The notes: a model not told the origin generated them from the sequence alone. Shown: positions 37,522 to 51,690, counted from the first letter of the whole stretch. The stretch is 62,641 bases of DNA, filler included, from Choristocarpus tenellus KU-1152 (GCA_964200185.2; 10 parts of 10 records of this genome joined end to end with filler, not necessarily neighbours in it), one strand, 5' to 3'. Program-made: numbers and translations.

Positions 37522-39280
37522 ACTTCCTTGTTCAACGATTCTCACCGCTCTGTGAACGCGGGAATTTGGAGGAGAGAAGGAAGGTTAGGCGGTTGGCTTA
37601 TACCTTACTGCAACCAGACGCTAGTGGTGGGATAGCTGCTATGTATTCCCGTAGCTCCTCCCACTCTCAAGGTGGGGGGAGGGCTGGCGTTGTGGAACCT
37701 GCAAACCACCCCCCACCATCCCCTGAAGTAACATCTTTCAGAACGAGGACACACCACGGGAGCGGTCAGAAGGAATGCTACGTCTTGAAGGTAGTAGCTA
37801 GGTAGCGACACGAGGGCAATGCCAACGCGCAAGATTTTTCAGGGGTGTGGGTCTGGAATGAAGCATTGTGACCAGAGAAAAGATGCTGGGAGTGGAGTGG
37901 TTGGGACTGGGGGGTTGGGATTACAGATCAGAAGTCTTGACTGGTGCAAACCTAAGTTGTTTATCACCTCCCTACTATACTTCCTGATTGAGCAGGCGTG
38001 CGTGTATTTGGAGGATCCTCCCGTGCGTAGCAAGCGTGGCCAAGACTTCCCTCGCGATATGAAGCTCTCCATTTTGCGATGGGATACTCCTGTTAACGAG
38101 GACTCATCCAGGTGACCAATGCTCTCACCTCTGCCACAGGTGTATTAGTCCACAAACCTGTCCTCACGCCTCTCTCCTCTAATCACCCCATTCTCTGAGG
38201 ATAATCTCCTGGGTATACCCTAGGCTCGGTTGCATGTTTTTTTCCCCTTGAAGTTAGGTGACATTCTCCGGCACCCTGTTGGATCTTTGATTGCGATGTC
38301 AGCCTGCAAATCACCCGCCCAATGTCACCAAAAGGACTAAAGAGTAGCAACGAAGAAACAATGAAACCTGCAATGCCTCTGAGTACAAAAGTAAAGATAG
38401 AAGTACTCATCATTCTCCTATGCCTTCATTGTGGAAATGGATATGTGCAAGAGTTCACGCGTGCACTCACCCCCTCCCCCCTACCTTCAAGACACCTTGT
38501 TGCGTTGGTAAGCCCTCGAGATAATCGGCGGTCTCAGTCTCCTATATTTATGACTCTACAGGTATGCTCTGCTATAATATGAATCTGATGCAGTCTTGCT
38601 TTTTTTTCCTTGTAACTTCATAGGGATACTTTGACTAAAAGGTATCTGGTGTGTTTTTTGAAGACGAGACAGGTAGAGAATGTGCGTACATGTTGTTTGG
38701 TAGTGTTCCATTTCTATCTCGTCCCTTGAACAGTGATTCAGTAATGGTTCAAAAAGGCGTGATATCTAAGAAATCTGCAAAATGTTACTTTCACCATATA
38801 TATCTGATACTCTCACTCCCCTCTCTCCAATCCCCCCTTAAGGCATCGTAGCCTGTGGTCAAGCTGACCATGAGGGCAAAATTCTCTTGCCTAATCAAAG
38901 TCTCTCTTGTCTCACGACCTTGAGCTGCAATGGATACAAATAATACTGACTACACACCGTTTTTAATGGTCAGTTGATATATATAATCAAGATAAATAAT
39001 TCAGTTGTGCATACATGTGGACACGCATGTGTTTGATGGGCCATTTTGAATGCAGGGAGAGCCTACCCATTAGACAGGGTTCTTCTTTGAGCAACTCGGT
39101 GGGGGAAGCGCACACCATCATGGATAACGGGGAGCACGCATCATCCAAAAGCAGTGCAGCAGGAGCGAGGATGTGGGGACAGGGGGTAGTGGCTGAGATC
39201 ATTGAGCGGGATGGTGCAGAAACAAAAGCAAGCCCTACCAAGGAGGAACCTATGAAGAAGTCATCTGTGGACCACTGTGG
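37522..39280 (+). CDS. Unidentified spliced protein-coding gene fragment; candidate exons 37522-37790, 37996-38111, 39056-39280
   Basis: Open frames bounded by CAG/GT sites with compatible phases (0 then 2); no recognisable domain. Confidence 0.4.
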
Positions 39281-39881
39281 GTAGGCATTCCTGAGGTTAT
39301 AGATTAGTGTTAGGGTTAGGGATAGCTATAGTAATAGTCTACCCTTTACCTTCCATTTCTGTTGCCGAGCTCCTGGTTGCCCCCCTATTCCAGAAGTACT
39401 GTAGATCTTGGAATGCTCATGGAGATGTTCCCACAGTGATCAGTTCTTTGCCCGATTTCCTGCATTATTATTAAAACGAAATACTTGTTTGTTCCACGCC
39501 CAAGGAGAAGAGAAAGCTCTGCTGTAGAGCCTATTTGACTGATCTGGTACGATATTGTCTTCGATCAATGATGGTGCAATGTAATTGTTTTTAGTGTAAC
39601 ATGGTATGTTTTTATCAAATTTCCTCCGCATTACTGTTTTGTGTTGATTTACTGCAGTACTGATGGATATGAGATACGCTACATGGTTCCTGTTATTCTA
39701 TCGTCGTGTTAATGCTTCTTTTTGTTGTGTAATGTTGAAATATTGCAGACACACGCATATTACTGTGGCAAGGTCCAAAGTTGTTGGGGGGTTTCCTTAC
39801 GAGCGCCTGATCTATAGGAAGGAGGCCAGAATCACACCCAACTTTTATGACTTTTGAAGTTTACAAGATGATCATTACCCC

Positions 39882-40297
39882 ATATATATATATATATATT
39901 TATCTCCTGACACAAAGGAGCCTATATATATATTTATTTATTTCCTGACACAAAGGAGTCTATATATATATATATATTTATTTCCTGAGACAAAGGAGTC
40001 TATATATATATATATATTTATTTCCTGACACAAAGGAGTCTATATATATATATATTTATTTCCTGACACAAAGGAGTCTCTCTCTATATATATTTATTTA
40101 TTTCCTGACACAAAGGAGTCTATATATATATATATATATTTATTTCCTGACACAAAGGAGTCTATATATATATATATATATTTATTTCCTGACACAAAGG
40201 AGTCTCTATATATATATATATATTTATTTCCTGACACAAAGGAGTCTATATATATATATATATATATATTTATTTATTTCCTGACACAAAGGAGTCT
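39882..40297. repeat. Tandem array of TTTATTTCCTGACACAAAGGAGTC separated by variable (TA)n
   Basis: About 10 units; spacers are pure TA runs. Confidence 0.95.
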
Positions 40298-41847
40298 GTT
40301 CGAAATGAAAAAGAAGTAGAAGTATACTTTGTAAGTTTAGACAAATAATGAAAATTGTTTTATTTCCTCAATCTGTCTTTTGTTTGGGTCGGATTGAGTA
40401 CACCAGTTGTTGGGGTGAAATCCGCAGTGAAAGAGGTGTGATAGTGTGACAGTCGAGTTCGAGCTGTAAATGTCCACAGCACAAAGCCTTACTGTCTTGA
40501 GTTTAGTTTTGTAGTCCACATGGCACCAACAAAAAAAATCAAAATCAAAATGTACCGTAACCCCTGCTTTTTTTGGAGTTATTGAATGAACCGCTGAGCG
40601 TTGTCACTTTGTCTTTGAAGGTGTCGGGTGATACACTTCTCTGACCCTTGACTGACTCCCCGCTAGCCAACTTTTGCATTGTCTGCTGTCCTTGACTGCC
40701 ATTTTGATACATTGCAGAGATGAGTCGCGGAATATTTTCAATGCCAATAGTTGGTTGGTGATAGTTGATCACCCTAAGAACAGTAAAAAAGAGGGCGCAG
40801 TCCGACTCGTGACTCTGAAATTTACAGGCTTACATACAGTTAGTTCGCTGGCTTGTGGTGTTGGTGTGGATGTTTGGCTTGGTGGAGTGGTTCACATGGC
40901 AAAATCAATGCAGAGTGTAAAATGCGGAATATTTTCTGGAGTTTCTAGAAATGTTGCACGGCATTCCCAACTCTTGGAGGCCCAGCAAAATGCCTTGTCT
41001 GCTTGCCGAGCGGCTTTGATTGGTTGAGAAATCTCAACTGAAACCCATTGCCTGACATCCTTGCTTGTCTTGATCTGTTGGAAGAATAAAAATAATTGCA
41101 ACCGTTCCTTTTTTCCAAAGTATGTATTTCGAATATATTATTCTGCGACGTATGATTTCGAAAGCTAGAATTATTTAAGGACAGATTTAAGGACAGATTC
41201 AAGGACAGATTCAAGGACAGATTCAAAGACAGGGGCAACCATGTGTTTTGTCGTCCGTTTTATTTTCAAAACGCATCGGTTCATGTTTTTATTTTTTTAA
41301 GTGAAGACAAGGGAGCCCTCACAGTTTCATTAAAAAAAAAAATGTACAAAAAATTTCAGTGGGTATTCCAATGAATGTAACTAATCTCTCTCTTGGCCAG
41401 ATCACAGCCTGTGCTGACCTGAACAAATAAATCCAGTTCCTAGAACGTTGCTCATTGTGTAAGATGGCGAGGTGCACTGCATTTCGTTGGTAACATTGCC
41501 ATCTTCTTGTACCATTCCACCTGGTACTTGGCTCCTACCCTAACTGAGCACATCAATCCCTTCCTTCCATGGTCCTTTCTTATTCTGTGTGTGTCTCAGA
41601 GGTGGTGTAGTTTTTTTGCAGGGTTTCCAATCCTACCGTCTTTTTCTTTTACCATAGGTGTGACTGATACTCTTTGGGGGGGTGGTGGCATTCAGTTGGA
41701 ACTTTTAAAGTAGTCCATATGTACCCTTTCAGCAGACTTTTGATGGGGGTATAAGATCCCTGGCCATACTATTTTGGGTAATGTGGGTAGGCCGTGTGCA
41801 ATTTTTGAAATGGTGCAACAGTATTTGTTGCACTCTCATGATCTAAA

Positions 41848-43455
41848 ATGCCACACTCTTTCATTCGAAATTGTGTTGTGTTGCGAAACAGGCCTGTTGT
41901 TGTAGGGGGAAATGGCGCGTATGCCCTCCCTGTGAAGGAGGAGATGTGGATGCTGTGTAACTTGGACGATAATCTTGTCATAAGTCAGTTCAACCCGCAC
42001 GAGGGGTTCCAGGTTCCCCCTCACGCCAGAGGAGACACTGTTGCGCCGGGAGGAGCTGGGGGAGTAGAAGGGGTAGGGGCAAGTTCAGGTGCAGGTGCAG
42101 GTGCAAGGGCATCAAGTGGGGGAGGAGGGAGAGGATCGCGACCATCTGGGGTGGTGCATCAAAGCACCAACCCTAATAGTTCTCAGGAGGGGGATGTGTC
42201 GGGGTCGGGGAGGGGGCAGGGGCAGGGCTCTCGAGCGAGGGTGCAGGATCAAGCTCGTGGACAGCAGGAGCAGGGGTCATCATCTACTGCAGCAGAGGTT
42301 GTGACACGTACTCGACGGGACGATCGGATTACATTCCGTGCTCGACCCACCTGTCACGATTTCCTCTGGGCGTGGTCTAGAGGACGTGAAACAATTGTGA
42401 CATCAGGGGGGGGAGGGGGAGGAGGAGGTGGACCATCGACATCCAGCTCCGGGTTAAGCTCTACCTTGGGGTCAGTTAAAGCTCGTGGCTCTCGCTCAGA
42501 GGGTGGTGGAGGTGGTGTCATTGTTGGCGGTGAACTCTCTTCTCTGTCATCTGTACAGTCGTCTTCTTCTGCATCCTCAGCTTTGGGCCGTTCGTCCTTT
42601 TCCATGACTGGTGCTGGGGGTGCTGCCCCTACTGCCCCTCTGATGAGCATTGCTGCCCCAGTCCCACCGTCAAAGTCTCCGCAAGGACCAGAAAAGATAA
42701 TTGCTGTCGGTTTCAAGTCTGGGGAGTGTGCAGTCCTCGATGCCATGCGTAGGGGTGACTCTCGTATCCTTCTGGTTCTCAATTGGGAGGGAAAGGCGTG
42801 CCCAGGGCGTGTGACGGCAGTTCGGTTTGTGCCTGGTACTGGAAAGCGACTCTTGGTTGTTGCGTACTCCACTGGACATGTGTATAACTTTGATACCTCA
42901 CTGACTGAGGAGCGTCCGATAGGATCAGCAGTGGTGGGGGGGGGGGGACCAAGTCCCTCCTCCTCAACTCGAGGAGGGACTGCCGGGGGAGGAGTAAAGG
43001 CTTCAGGGAAGGGGATGCATTCTGTGCAGCAGCAGCAGTTGGACCGAAGTCGTGCTGGGTCTGATGCGGGTGTGGTAAGGGGGGGTGGGGGGGGGGGAGG
43101 ATGGGCCGGTGGTTATCGTCCCCATGTTGGTCGATCGCATGCTTCTCTGTCAGCATCCTCTTCTGCCAGGATGCCGTCTGGATGGAGCAGGGCAGGGGGA
43201 GTTGGAGGGAGTGGGCATGGGAGTGGGAGTAGTAACGGGGGTGGTGGAGGGGGAAGTGATGCTGAGGATGCCAAGAGTCGTGGCGGTTCTTGGGGGGATA
43301 CATTTCAAGGTTTTGTTGTTGAGCGTAATAGTCTGGGGGTGAATCCAGTGTCTAAGTGGTCGGTGACAGAGGACAGGCGGGAGGTGACAGAGATGATGTT
43401 TGCACCATGTCTGGTGGATGGAACACAGTTGCTGGCACTGGCAGGACTGGATGGG
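41848..43455 (+). CDS. WDR20: WD40-repeat protein, WDR20/DMWD/CreC-like (USP12/46 cofactor family); large first coding exon, 3'-partial
   Basis: Motifs PTCHDF, IAVGFKSGECAVLD, RVTAVRFVPGTGKRLLVVAYSTGHVYNFD, NPVSKWSV and LALAGLDG resemble WDR20 (PTCHDFN, LVGFSAGQVQLID, RVTCVKWVPG, NPLLKWTV, LACVSQDG). Ends at strong donor GGG|GTGAGT. Long Gly/Ser insertions. Confidence 0.82.
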
Positions 43456-44251
43456 GTGAGTTGTGTATAGCAGGTGGTAGGTATTCAAGAGATAAGTGTA
43501 TATGGAATCGTAGAGTTGGGGGGGGGGGGGGGGTAGGCGGGGGTTTTTATTTTATTTTTCACGTTGGGTATGTTTTTAAATGGAGTATTTAANNNNNNNN
43601 NNNNNNNNNNNNNNNNNNNNNNNNNNNNNNNNNNNNTTAATTAATTAANNNNNNNNNNNNNNNNNNNNNNNNNNNNNNNNNNNNNNNNNNNNGGTGTTGT
43701 CATACACTCTTCCCCCTTCAGAACTATAAACAAAAACAATAGAAGACAGGAATCATGTCTCAGATACAAACAAAAATGTCTAAGAACTACATAAGATAGT
43801 AAATGTTATAACAAGGCTACTCTCACTGGTAGGAATGCGAAAAGGCAGACATGCTATTCGCCTGTAACTATATATACCTTTTACAAAACAAAACATGAAA
43901 AGCATGATATATATGTATCTACTGCACACAAACCAGTGTCTGTGTGCATGGTGGTAGTGCAATATGCAACACTTCACTCAGACACGCTGCTACTACTTCG
44001 AACACATACAACAGACAGACACGCATATACGTACCATACACAACTTCTCTGCAACCACCACCAAGTAGCAGTGCGAAAAGAATCCACGATCATTTCTAAC
44101 AATTGGTACACCATATAAACCTATGCAACTCATTGTACCTGAATAAACCACATTGATTAATATGATGGACCTTCAGGTGTTGATGCCCATCATGCTGTTC
44201 AACACCATCATCCACCCAGACAAAAATATCATTTAGTTGTAGCATACTTAC

Positions 44252-44450
44252 CACAACTCCCAGAATTTCCACTTTGAAGTATACATTAAGATCAACTACC
44301 CTCTCATCAATGCTCCTAAGGAGATCACCATGAGGAGCTGTTCAAAAATGAAAGTCCCACCATTCGAAAGGCACCCACACTGGGTATGACATCATCAGCA
44401 ATCCTGGCAATCAATGAGTTCGCCAAGTGACAACGTAGGTTCTGCAGCTC
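44252..44450 (-). CDS. Possible internal exon(s) of an unidentified gene (PHGDLLRSIDERVVDLNVYFKVEILGVV)
   Basis: Strong acceptor (ctttcatttttgaacag) and donor (GTG|gtaagt) flank an open frame; no homology recognised. Confidence 0.25.
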
Positions 44451-45623
44451 TGCAGGTGTGTTTTGTGTTGTCAGGAGACACAGAGAAAGGTATAGAAAAC
44501 ACAATGACAATGTCGGCGATGTAGGGGGCATGATTCATCATGAGTTAGTGCCTACCAGAAGCGTTATGTTCAAGACATTCATTGGATGACTGGAAAAAAA
44601 TTGAAGGTGGCAAGCCGCAAGGAAGCACACAATATAGGGTTGAAGGAGTATCAATGGTGAGCAGACACTGTAAAATATGCAACAGAGACATGTTTGCTGT
44701 GGATCACCTGTCATTCTCGAGAGTGTACAACAGATTTGGAATCCAAACTGCTGTCTACAGGGCATGGGTGCATATCGAACATATTTAGTGGCTCCCCCAA
44801 TAGTCCTCCAACCTCGCACACATCTCTCACCACATTTTCCATACGTCGCCTAAATGCCCATGGGAGTACAACCTCCATTAATCCTCCTCATTGAGGCAAC
44901 ATTCAGTACCCACCAATTTACAAAAACACCCAAGGACATGGAACCAGCAGCAACAGTAAGGTAGTACTGCTTGGGTGTTGTAATATACTTGAAGTTAGAT
45001 GGAATCCTCTATAGGGTCTGAATCGCTCAATTGCACCTCCCACTCGTATCATTGTGTGCTGTGCTGTTGTGTTTTTCTTTCCACTCTGCATCATCCCTAG
45101 CAGTTGACCCCACTGCAATAGAACAGCTGCTAACTACCTTGACTATTGTTATCCCCCAGCCTAGGATCCCGAAAAATATCGAAGAATGGGTAATCCCGTG
45201 ATTAGGAGGTTCACTGAGATATGCTCGAATGGCCACAGACAGTGCGAGAGAAAGATTTGATAACCAAGGTGACACTTGTGATATTACGTTTATGAGGCTC
45301 ACTACTCCCAGGCTCAGTTAATTAGCTCGTTCTTTGTCGTATCGCACAGGAGAAGATGCAATGTGAATAGTATGCACCACAAATGAGGTCATTCTCTGTA
45401 CATTTTTCTGGGAATGTACTTGTTATCCACCTGTGTGTGTCAAACGGAGTAGAAGAGAAGGACTCCTCTGCAACAAGAGAATGTAACAGTGGTACTAGCA
45501 ACAAGGATTGCAGATATTTTGTGCTCGCTACCATAAGGGTAATGTTCATTGATGACGAAACCATCCCAGGTGAGCTTCGCGGCTGTTTATCACTGCCTGC
45601 CAAGTAACCACTGCCTTTGTTCA

Positions 45624-45881
45624 GAGTAAAAGTATTTTAGAGGGTACGAGTTTTGCCGTGTTTGTCCGTTTGAGGCTTGCCTTCCCGTGTTTTTTTTCAA
45701 GACATTTTCCTACTCCAATTTTTTCGGAGTCGGTACAATGTATGCACTATGAAAAGGTGTGACAGGAACAAGGAGATTGACAAATCCTAACAAATACGAT
45801 AGCCAAAATTACATTGAAATTATAACGTTGGAATTTGGCCCTCAAATGGATGCCACTCTACCCTCTAAGATACTTTGGCTC
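45624..45881 (+). mobile_element. MITE family A copy
   Basis: Same TIRs and internal sequence; flanks TTCA/TTCA. Confidence 0.85.
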
Positions 45882-48229
45882 TTCATCGACCCACTTGTAC
45901 CAACAACCACTATTACACCTAGCTACAACTGTCCTCTCTGCTTTTGTAACATTGCGTGTCCCTGTTCTTACACCCCTTGATACTTGCCCCGTGATTGTTC
46001 TCATCATTTTCTCCTCTTCAGATGGATCTCGTTCCCTGCACCCATCATCTGGCTCTCCTTGTTGCCTTACTGTTCTTGAAGAACTCTTGTAGGAGTGAGT
46101 GGTTGTGTGATGTTGGAGGTGTGTGCTTGGCATTATCACAGAAATCTTGTTGGATTTGGCTAGCCCCCACCACAGCTTGAATGAGATGATTATGGTGTTT
46201 TGGGCACTTGTACGTGCTATGTAGCAACAGTGTGTGCTAGACCTGTGCAAGTTCATCTTGATGTTGGGGGTCATCCTCAAGAGCAGCCAGTTCATCTGTG
46301 CCAAACCTTGTTCATGTCTGCAACAAGACCTCTTCTCTCCAGTGTGAGTGTTGACTGTGTTAAGATCATCAGGCCCTCAAAAGGCTCACACCTAACGATG
46401 GGAATGATTGATTTATTGTATGGCTTTGCACCTAGGGTGAAGTCCATGTAAACTAATGGCAATATTTCTATGAATTGTAAAAATCAAGTGCATTTTAAAG
46501 TTAGGAGAGTGATGAAATGAGTGCTTTCCCTTTTTGCAGTAGTGGACTTGCACATTGTACAATCTCAGGTAAGGAAAGGTATAAGAAGGGGTAAGAGGTT
46601 GAAAATTATCACATACATAGACATTTTGTGCAGAAATTCTAATCAGAATAGTGGCGATACAGATCTATGATACACTACTGTAGCTGTCACTTGGGGGAAA
46701 AGTATGTAGGTGATTATATACGTTTGCATTTCAACTTGAAAAAGTTAATATTCTCTGGTACTATACCATCTTCGAAGAACTCAAAAAAATGCTCCTTGGA
46801 GTTCAAGTATAATATGGCGTAATAGATTGGCCTATTCCAGGTTGCAGAGGACCGACATGCAAATGTTGGTTGAGATACCTGTTGAAATATTCCACACTGG
46901 ACCCGCAGCACTTTGGTGCTTTGGTGAAAGACGGTGAATAGCTTGGTGTAGATATGCAAAGTTAATATTACAAGGAGTTTGTGGTCTCGATTCCGCTGAC
47001 TGACTATGTGGGTAAGACTATAGCTTAGACTAACATCATTATTTCTATAGTGTGGGGTTTATAATCGTCCACACTATTTTACTATGAATCACTTTTTTAC
47101 TTAAGTATAGAAAGTGTATCTAGAACGTGATATAAAAACCAATCAACACTATGAGTCAGTATATATAATATATCTGTCACTGACTCTCCATCCTATTATC
47201 TAATCCACCGGTGGTGTCTATGTACATCAGCAGCACTATCTACGAACAATACCCAGCTTTCCCAGGTCAAAGTATCTGTGGGGGGGTGTCGGCGTCCGTT
47301 TTTCACNNNNNNNNNNNNNNNNNNNNNNNNNNNNNNNNNNNNNNNNNNNNTTAATTAATTAANNNNNNNNNNNNNNNNNNNNNNNNNNNNNNNNNNNNNN
47401 NNNNNNCAAAAACAGTCGCAAAAAAAAACTTTCGGTACTTTTTTAAGACCGTTTTCGCAGAACAGGCGTCCTCATAGCCCCGCTCCATCCTCAATTTTGA
47501 AAATCCTCTGTTATGTACGTACCACGTAAAGGATGAGAATTCCCGTCCGTCCTTCCATCTGCCTCTCTGTTTTACTTTACCATTATTACCGGCTCTTGTC
47601 CTGCGCAGGCCTGCCCGCAATACCACATGCTTGCTCAAAAAAAAAAAATTCCAGCACTTGCTCCTTGATTCTCTCTTCGCACGTTTCCTTGTAAACCAAG
47701 TACGCAAACTCAAATTGTATGTACTAGACCTACTTTTTTCCTCTTTCCGAGATGCTTGAAGTTCGACTCCTATTATACATCTATACAACCTACACCTTAA
47801 GGTGGTACCAGTAGCTTCGCCCTCTGTGACAGTTCTGCTTTTTTTCACCGTATCACCGCAACAGATATACAACAATATATATTATATCAAATGAAAACTT
47901 ATGACAGCACCTTTTGAAGGTTTGTATGCAGGAATGTACAAACTTCGGTGAAGGGGAACTATGTTCCAATCAAATAATGGGAAAAAACGCGAGGGAATAG
48001 CTCCGGCGCAATTTTGAAATTCACAACTTTAAAACAGACAAAAATGAAGTGGTTTGCTGAACTCTTTGCAGAAACCTGGTCTGGGGTATGTCGCTGCCCA
48101 AGATTGGCTGGTGTGGCCCACCGAAAAAAAACCCCAGAAAAACCAGAAAAAATACAAGATTTCCTCTTTTTAACGCCTTTTGCAGACTTTCTGTGAGCAC
48201 ACACACACGTGACTTACACTACAACATGA

Positions 48230-49545
48230 ACCATGACGATGAGACAAGGAGAGCCGCCGAGGCCACTCTGCCCTCTGGATCTACCCTGAGCACCTTCTCT
48301 GTCAAGAGGGGCCGGAAAAACAAGTACCGTGTGACAATCAGTGCAATGTTAGGGGACGAGAAAGTGCGAGTAGTGTGGCGCAGCAGCATGATCAAATCGT
48401 GAAATGGACCACGCTGTCGCAACACTGACGCTGAGAGAAGATGCATTGAAAGCATTAACACACAAACGTGGTTGGGTCTTCAACCACGTCGGAGTACTGG
48501 TCTGCAATCTCTTCCACCTCGGGAAAACAGGAAGAGATCGGTGAGTCCATCACCAGGTGGTACAATGAAGAAGCTGTGGGAAGTCTGGTCCCAGCAGGCG
48601 AAGGAAACAGAGTAGCTGGCCGAAGGGGAGGTTAGGGAAGAGAGAAATACAACTGCCATTACGCTCAGGAAGCGCCTAAGTGAAAACCCGGGTGTAGAGT
48701 ATCTTAGTAGTTGATAGTTGCAGCAGGCCCTGGCTGTTTGGAAGCTGTGCGAGCTGGAGTGGCTTCAGGAAACGAGAAAGAAGGTGTTAGGGTTGAGCTG
48801 CAAGGGCTCTGAAGCCTGAAAGAAGGTCGAAAGGGCTCGCAAGGTGGAGGAGAAAGAGATCGTAACAAAGGCAGCAGCTGTGGAGACTTTTCGATACCAC
48901 CAAACCCTTTACTTTGAAGAGGTCGCAAAGCAGGTGGAGGTAGCCATCGATGAGAACGCCAGGGAAGAAGAGGAGGCGAGATTGAGGCTATTTGCACACC
49001 AATGGTTTGATGTCTCCCACTTCTTACAAGATGCCGTACATTTTTTTTGGTCCTGGACTTGGCGTTGGACGTATAAAGTTTATTAAGGCTTTCTCCCAGC
49101 CTGCATTCATCTGAGAAATCAACACAATTTTCGATCAACTCAGGCCTCTCCCCTCTCGCCCTTGCGCCTTGATGATAAATATCACCCGTCCAGGAAACAC
49201 GGACAACGCCCATTTCTGGCGCTCAGCAAGGAAATGTGATAGTAAAGGCTCTTGCACTGCGAATCCTGTACCTATATATGAACAACGGGAAAGACCATCA
49301 AACGACTCTCAAGATGGCGGCAGAATATATGATGATCAGGTAGGAAACTGTGAGTAAATGGGAGAGAGACCTCCTAACCAAGGGTCACATCAAGGTGTCA
49401 GAGCAAGGGTGCTATGAGAGGCATTTCGTTCTGGTCGTCAAGGAGGACATCCTTGCCGCGGTCAAAGAGTGGGTGCGCGAACACACAGGGAGAAAGAGTA
49501 GGGAGGCTTTTTCCCCTCGTATACCCTATACTTTAATCAACTAAT
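48230..49545 (+). pseudogene. Frameshifted DNA-transposon (IS630/Tc1/mariner-like) transposase N-terminal remnant (tentative)
   Basis: Intron-less run of broken ORFs ending VSKWERDLLTKGHIKVSEQGCYER..VKEDILAAVKEWVREH, resembling the HTH region ahead of eukaryotic IS630-like DDE domains; no DDE core seen. Confidence 0.35.
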
Positions 49546-50163
49546 AGTGGATCTGTTGCCACTCTTGGTGACCTACAATATAGGGTTCGAACCCAATCTG
49601 AGCGCTCTTTCTTCAAAAAAAAGAAAAAAACGGCGGGAACAACAAAGCCCGTACTCTGGAGGACGTTGTGACGGGCATCACGAAAATGCGTTTATTTTTT
49701 AAATCCGATGTCTATATCAAAAGTTATGACGGGACAACCCTAGAGCGCGAAGGTAATGGTACCACTATATGAATTCCATATGGAATTTGAGCCAGTCATA
49801 TCTAATTTTTTTCTAAATATCTACAATATATAGAGCGGACCTAACACTTACTGTAGGGCTCAAACTTCGGACTACTAGCATAGAAAAAACAGATTTAGTG
49901 CTAGAACTTACCAACAAACGGACTGATGGAGGACAGGAAATACGTAATTTTAGTCCGTACATGGGAGGTACAAGAAAGATGAAAAGGAAGCAGTATAGAG
50001 GCGGTATTGATAACTTTTCTAGCAGGATTTTTCGTTTATAAGAAAAGTATGCACATGCGCACGAGTGATTCTACGCGCGAGGATGAGAGCCTGTACTGGT
50101 AATAAGGTGACGTAGGACGGTAAGATATAGGCTGTTTTGAGATGTATAATACTACGAGTCTTT

Positions 50164-50424
50164 AAGTGAAAGTATCTTAGAGGGTACGAGTTTTGCCCTG
50201 TTTGTCCATTTTGGGCTTGGCTTCCCATGGGGTTTTTTGACATTTTCCTACTCCAAAATGTTTAGGAGTAGATGAAATGTATACGTTATGAAAAGGTTTG
50301 TCTAAAACATAGATATTGACACTTACTTCTTAACAAACACGATAGCCAAAATTATGTCAAAATCGCAACATTGGATTTTGACCCCCAAATGGACGCGGCT
50401 TTACCCTCTAAGATACTTTGGCTC
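50164..50424 (+). mobile_element. MITE family A copy
   Basis: Same TIRs and internal sequence; flanks TTT/TTT. Confidence 0.85.
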
Positions 50425-50825
50425 TTTCACACTTCAAACAAGTGGAAAGAAAGAATTACAAACTCGATAGAGTCAGTAGACTTGTCAGGGCAGGATATGA
50501 TCGGTTTGTACTTGGCACATACATGAGAGCGACCCAAAGAGTCAATCCTGGTGAGTTTTCTATAATTTAATTTTTTAACATGAATATGAGAGCACGGAGA
50601 CGATCCTACACCCAAGGAGGAGAGTCGGTATTGGTAAGATATCGGGACAGACAGATGGACGAACTAGAACGACATATGGTGCATACTACGTGAGAAAACC
50701 GGTATTGGTACAAGTTAGCTTTAACTTAGTTTGATACAATTCGCACGTGAAAGAGCGGGTACAGTACAGACAGACAGACAAATAGATAGACAGGTAGACA
50801 GACACATAGAGAACCAAATGAATTA

Positions 50826-51052
50826 AGAGGTAGGCAGGTTTGGACCCTTCTGCATTCTAAGCCATATTCCCTACCCTGAGCAGTACACTATATTTCATTG
50901 TATGTGCACAAATAGTGTACGCAAAATCTATGGCGCCCCTTTCCACACACAGAGTGACACCACAATTCAGCAAAGACTCTTTCTGCAATCGTACAAAATG
51001 GAATCTTTTTGCACATTCTCAGGATCATAAAAATACAACCCTGCCTACCTCT
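50826..51052 (+). mobile_element. MITE family B (~227 bp, TIR AGAGGTAGGCAGG)
   Basis: Begins AGAGGTAGGCAGG and ends CCTGCCTACCTCT; diverged related copy at ~29625-29839 and a fainter one ending ~29360. Confidence 0.7.
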
Positions 51053-51068
51053 CTATTGGTTTGACTCA

Positions 51069-51327
51069 GAGCCAAAGTATCTTAGAGGGTAGAGCCGCGT
51101 CCATTTGAGAGACAAAATTCAATGTTGCGATTTTATGTAATTTTGGCTATCATGTTTGTTAGGAAGTGTCAATATCTATGTTTCAGACACAACTTTCATA
51201 ACCTATACATTTTACCTACTCCGAAATATTTTGGACTAGGAAAATGTCATAAAAAACCCCAAGGGAAGCCAAGCTCCACAAATGGACAAACAGGGAAAAC
51301 TTCGTAGCCTCTAAGATAGTTTCATTC
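51069..51327 (-). mobile_element. MITE family A copy (inverted), followed by a truncated copy at 51348-51420
   Basis: Reverse complement of family A; flanks TCA/TCA; 51348-51420 is identical to the start of this copy and runs into the contig end. Confidence 0.85.
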
Positions 51328-51690
51328 TCAAACAGATAGATGGAGAGGAGCCAAAGTATCTTAGAGGGTAGAGCCGCGTCCATTTGAGAGACAAAATTCA
51401 ATGTTGCGATTTTATGTAATNNNNNNNNNNNNNNNNNNNNNNNNNNNNNNNNNNNNNNNNNNNNTTAATTAATTAANNNNNNNNNNNNNNNNNNNNNNNN
51501 NNNNNNNNNNNNNNNNNNNNTATATATATATTTAATTTATTCCTTACAACACCCCCCCCCCCCCCCTCTATATATATATACATATCTAATTTGTTCCTTA
51601 CAAAAAACAACAAACCTCTCTCTCTCTATATATACATATACATATATATATAATTTGTTGGTGCTCTCTGGTCTTTCTTCACCTATGTAC

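Noticed and set aside
39882-40297. CRISPR-like array of a ~24-bp repeat
   Set aside because: Spacers are only (TA)n, the context is eukaryotic and no cas genes are present: a minisatellite.
44160-44420. RT-like IFVWVDDG motif on the minus strand
   Set aside because: Too weak; strong splice signals in the same stretch fit a host exon at least as well.
45513-46092. Two candidate plus-strand exons (YFVLATIRVMFIDDETIP / DGSRSLHP...LEELL*)
   Set aside because: Good splice signals but no recognisable homology or start; not supportable as a gene.
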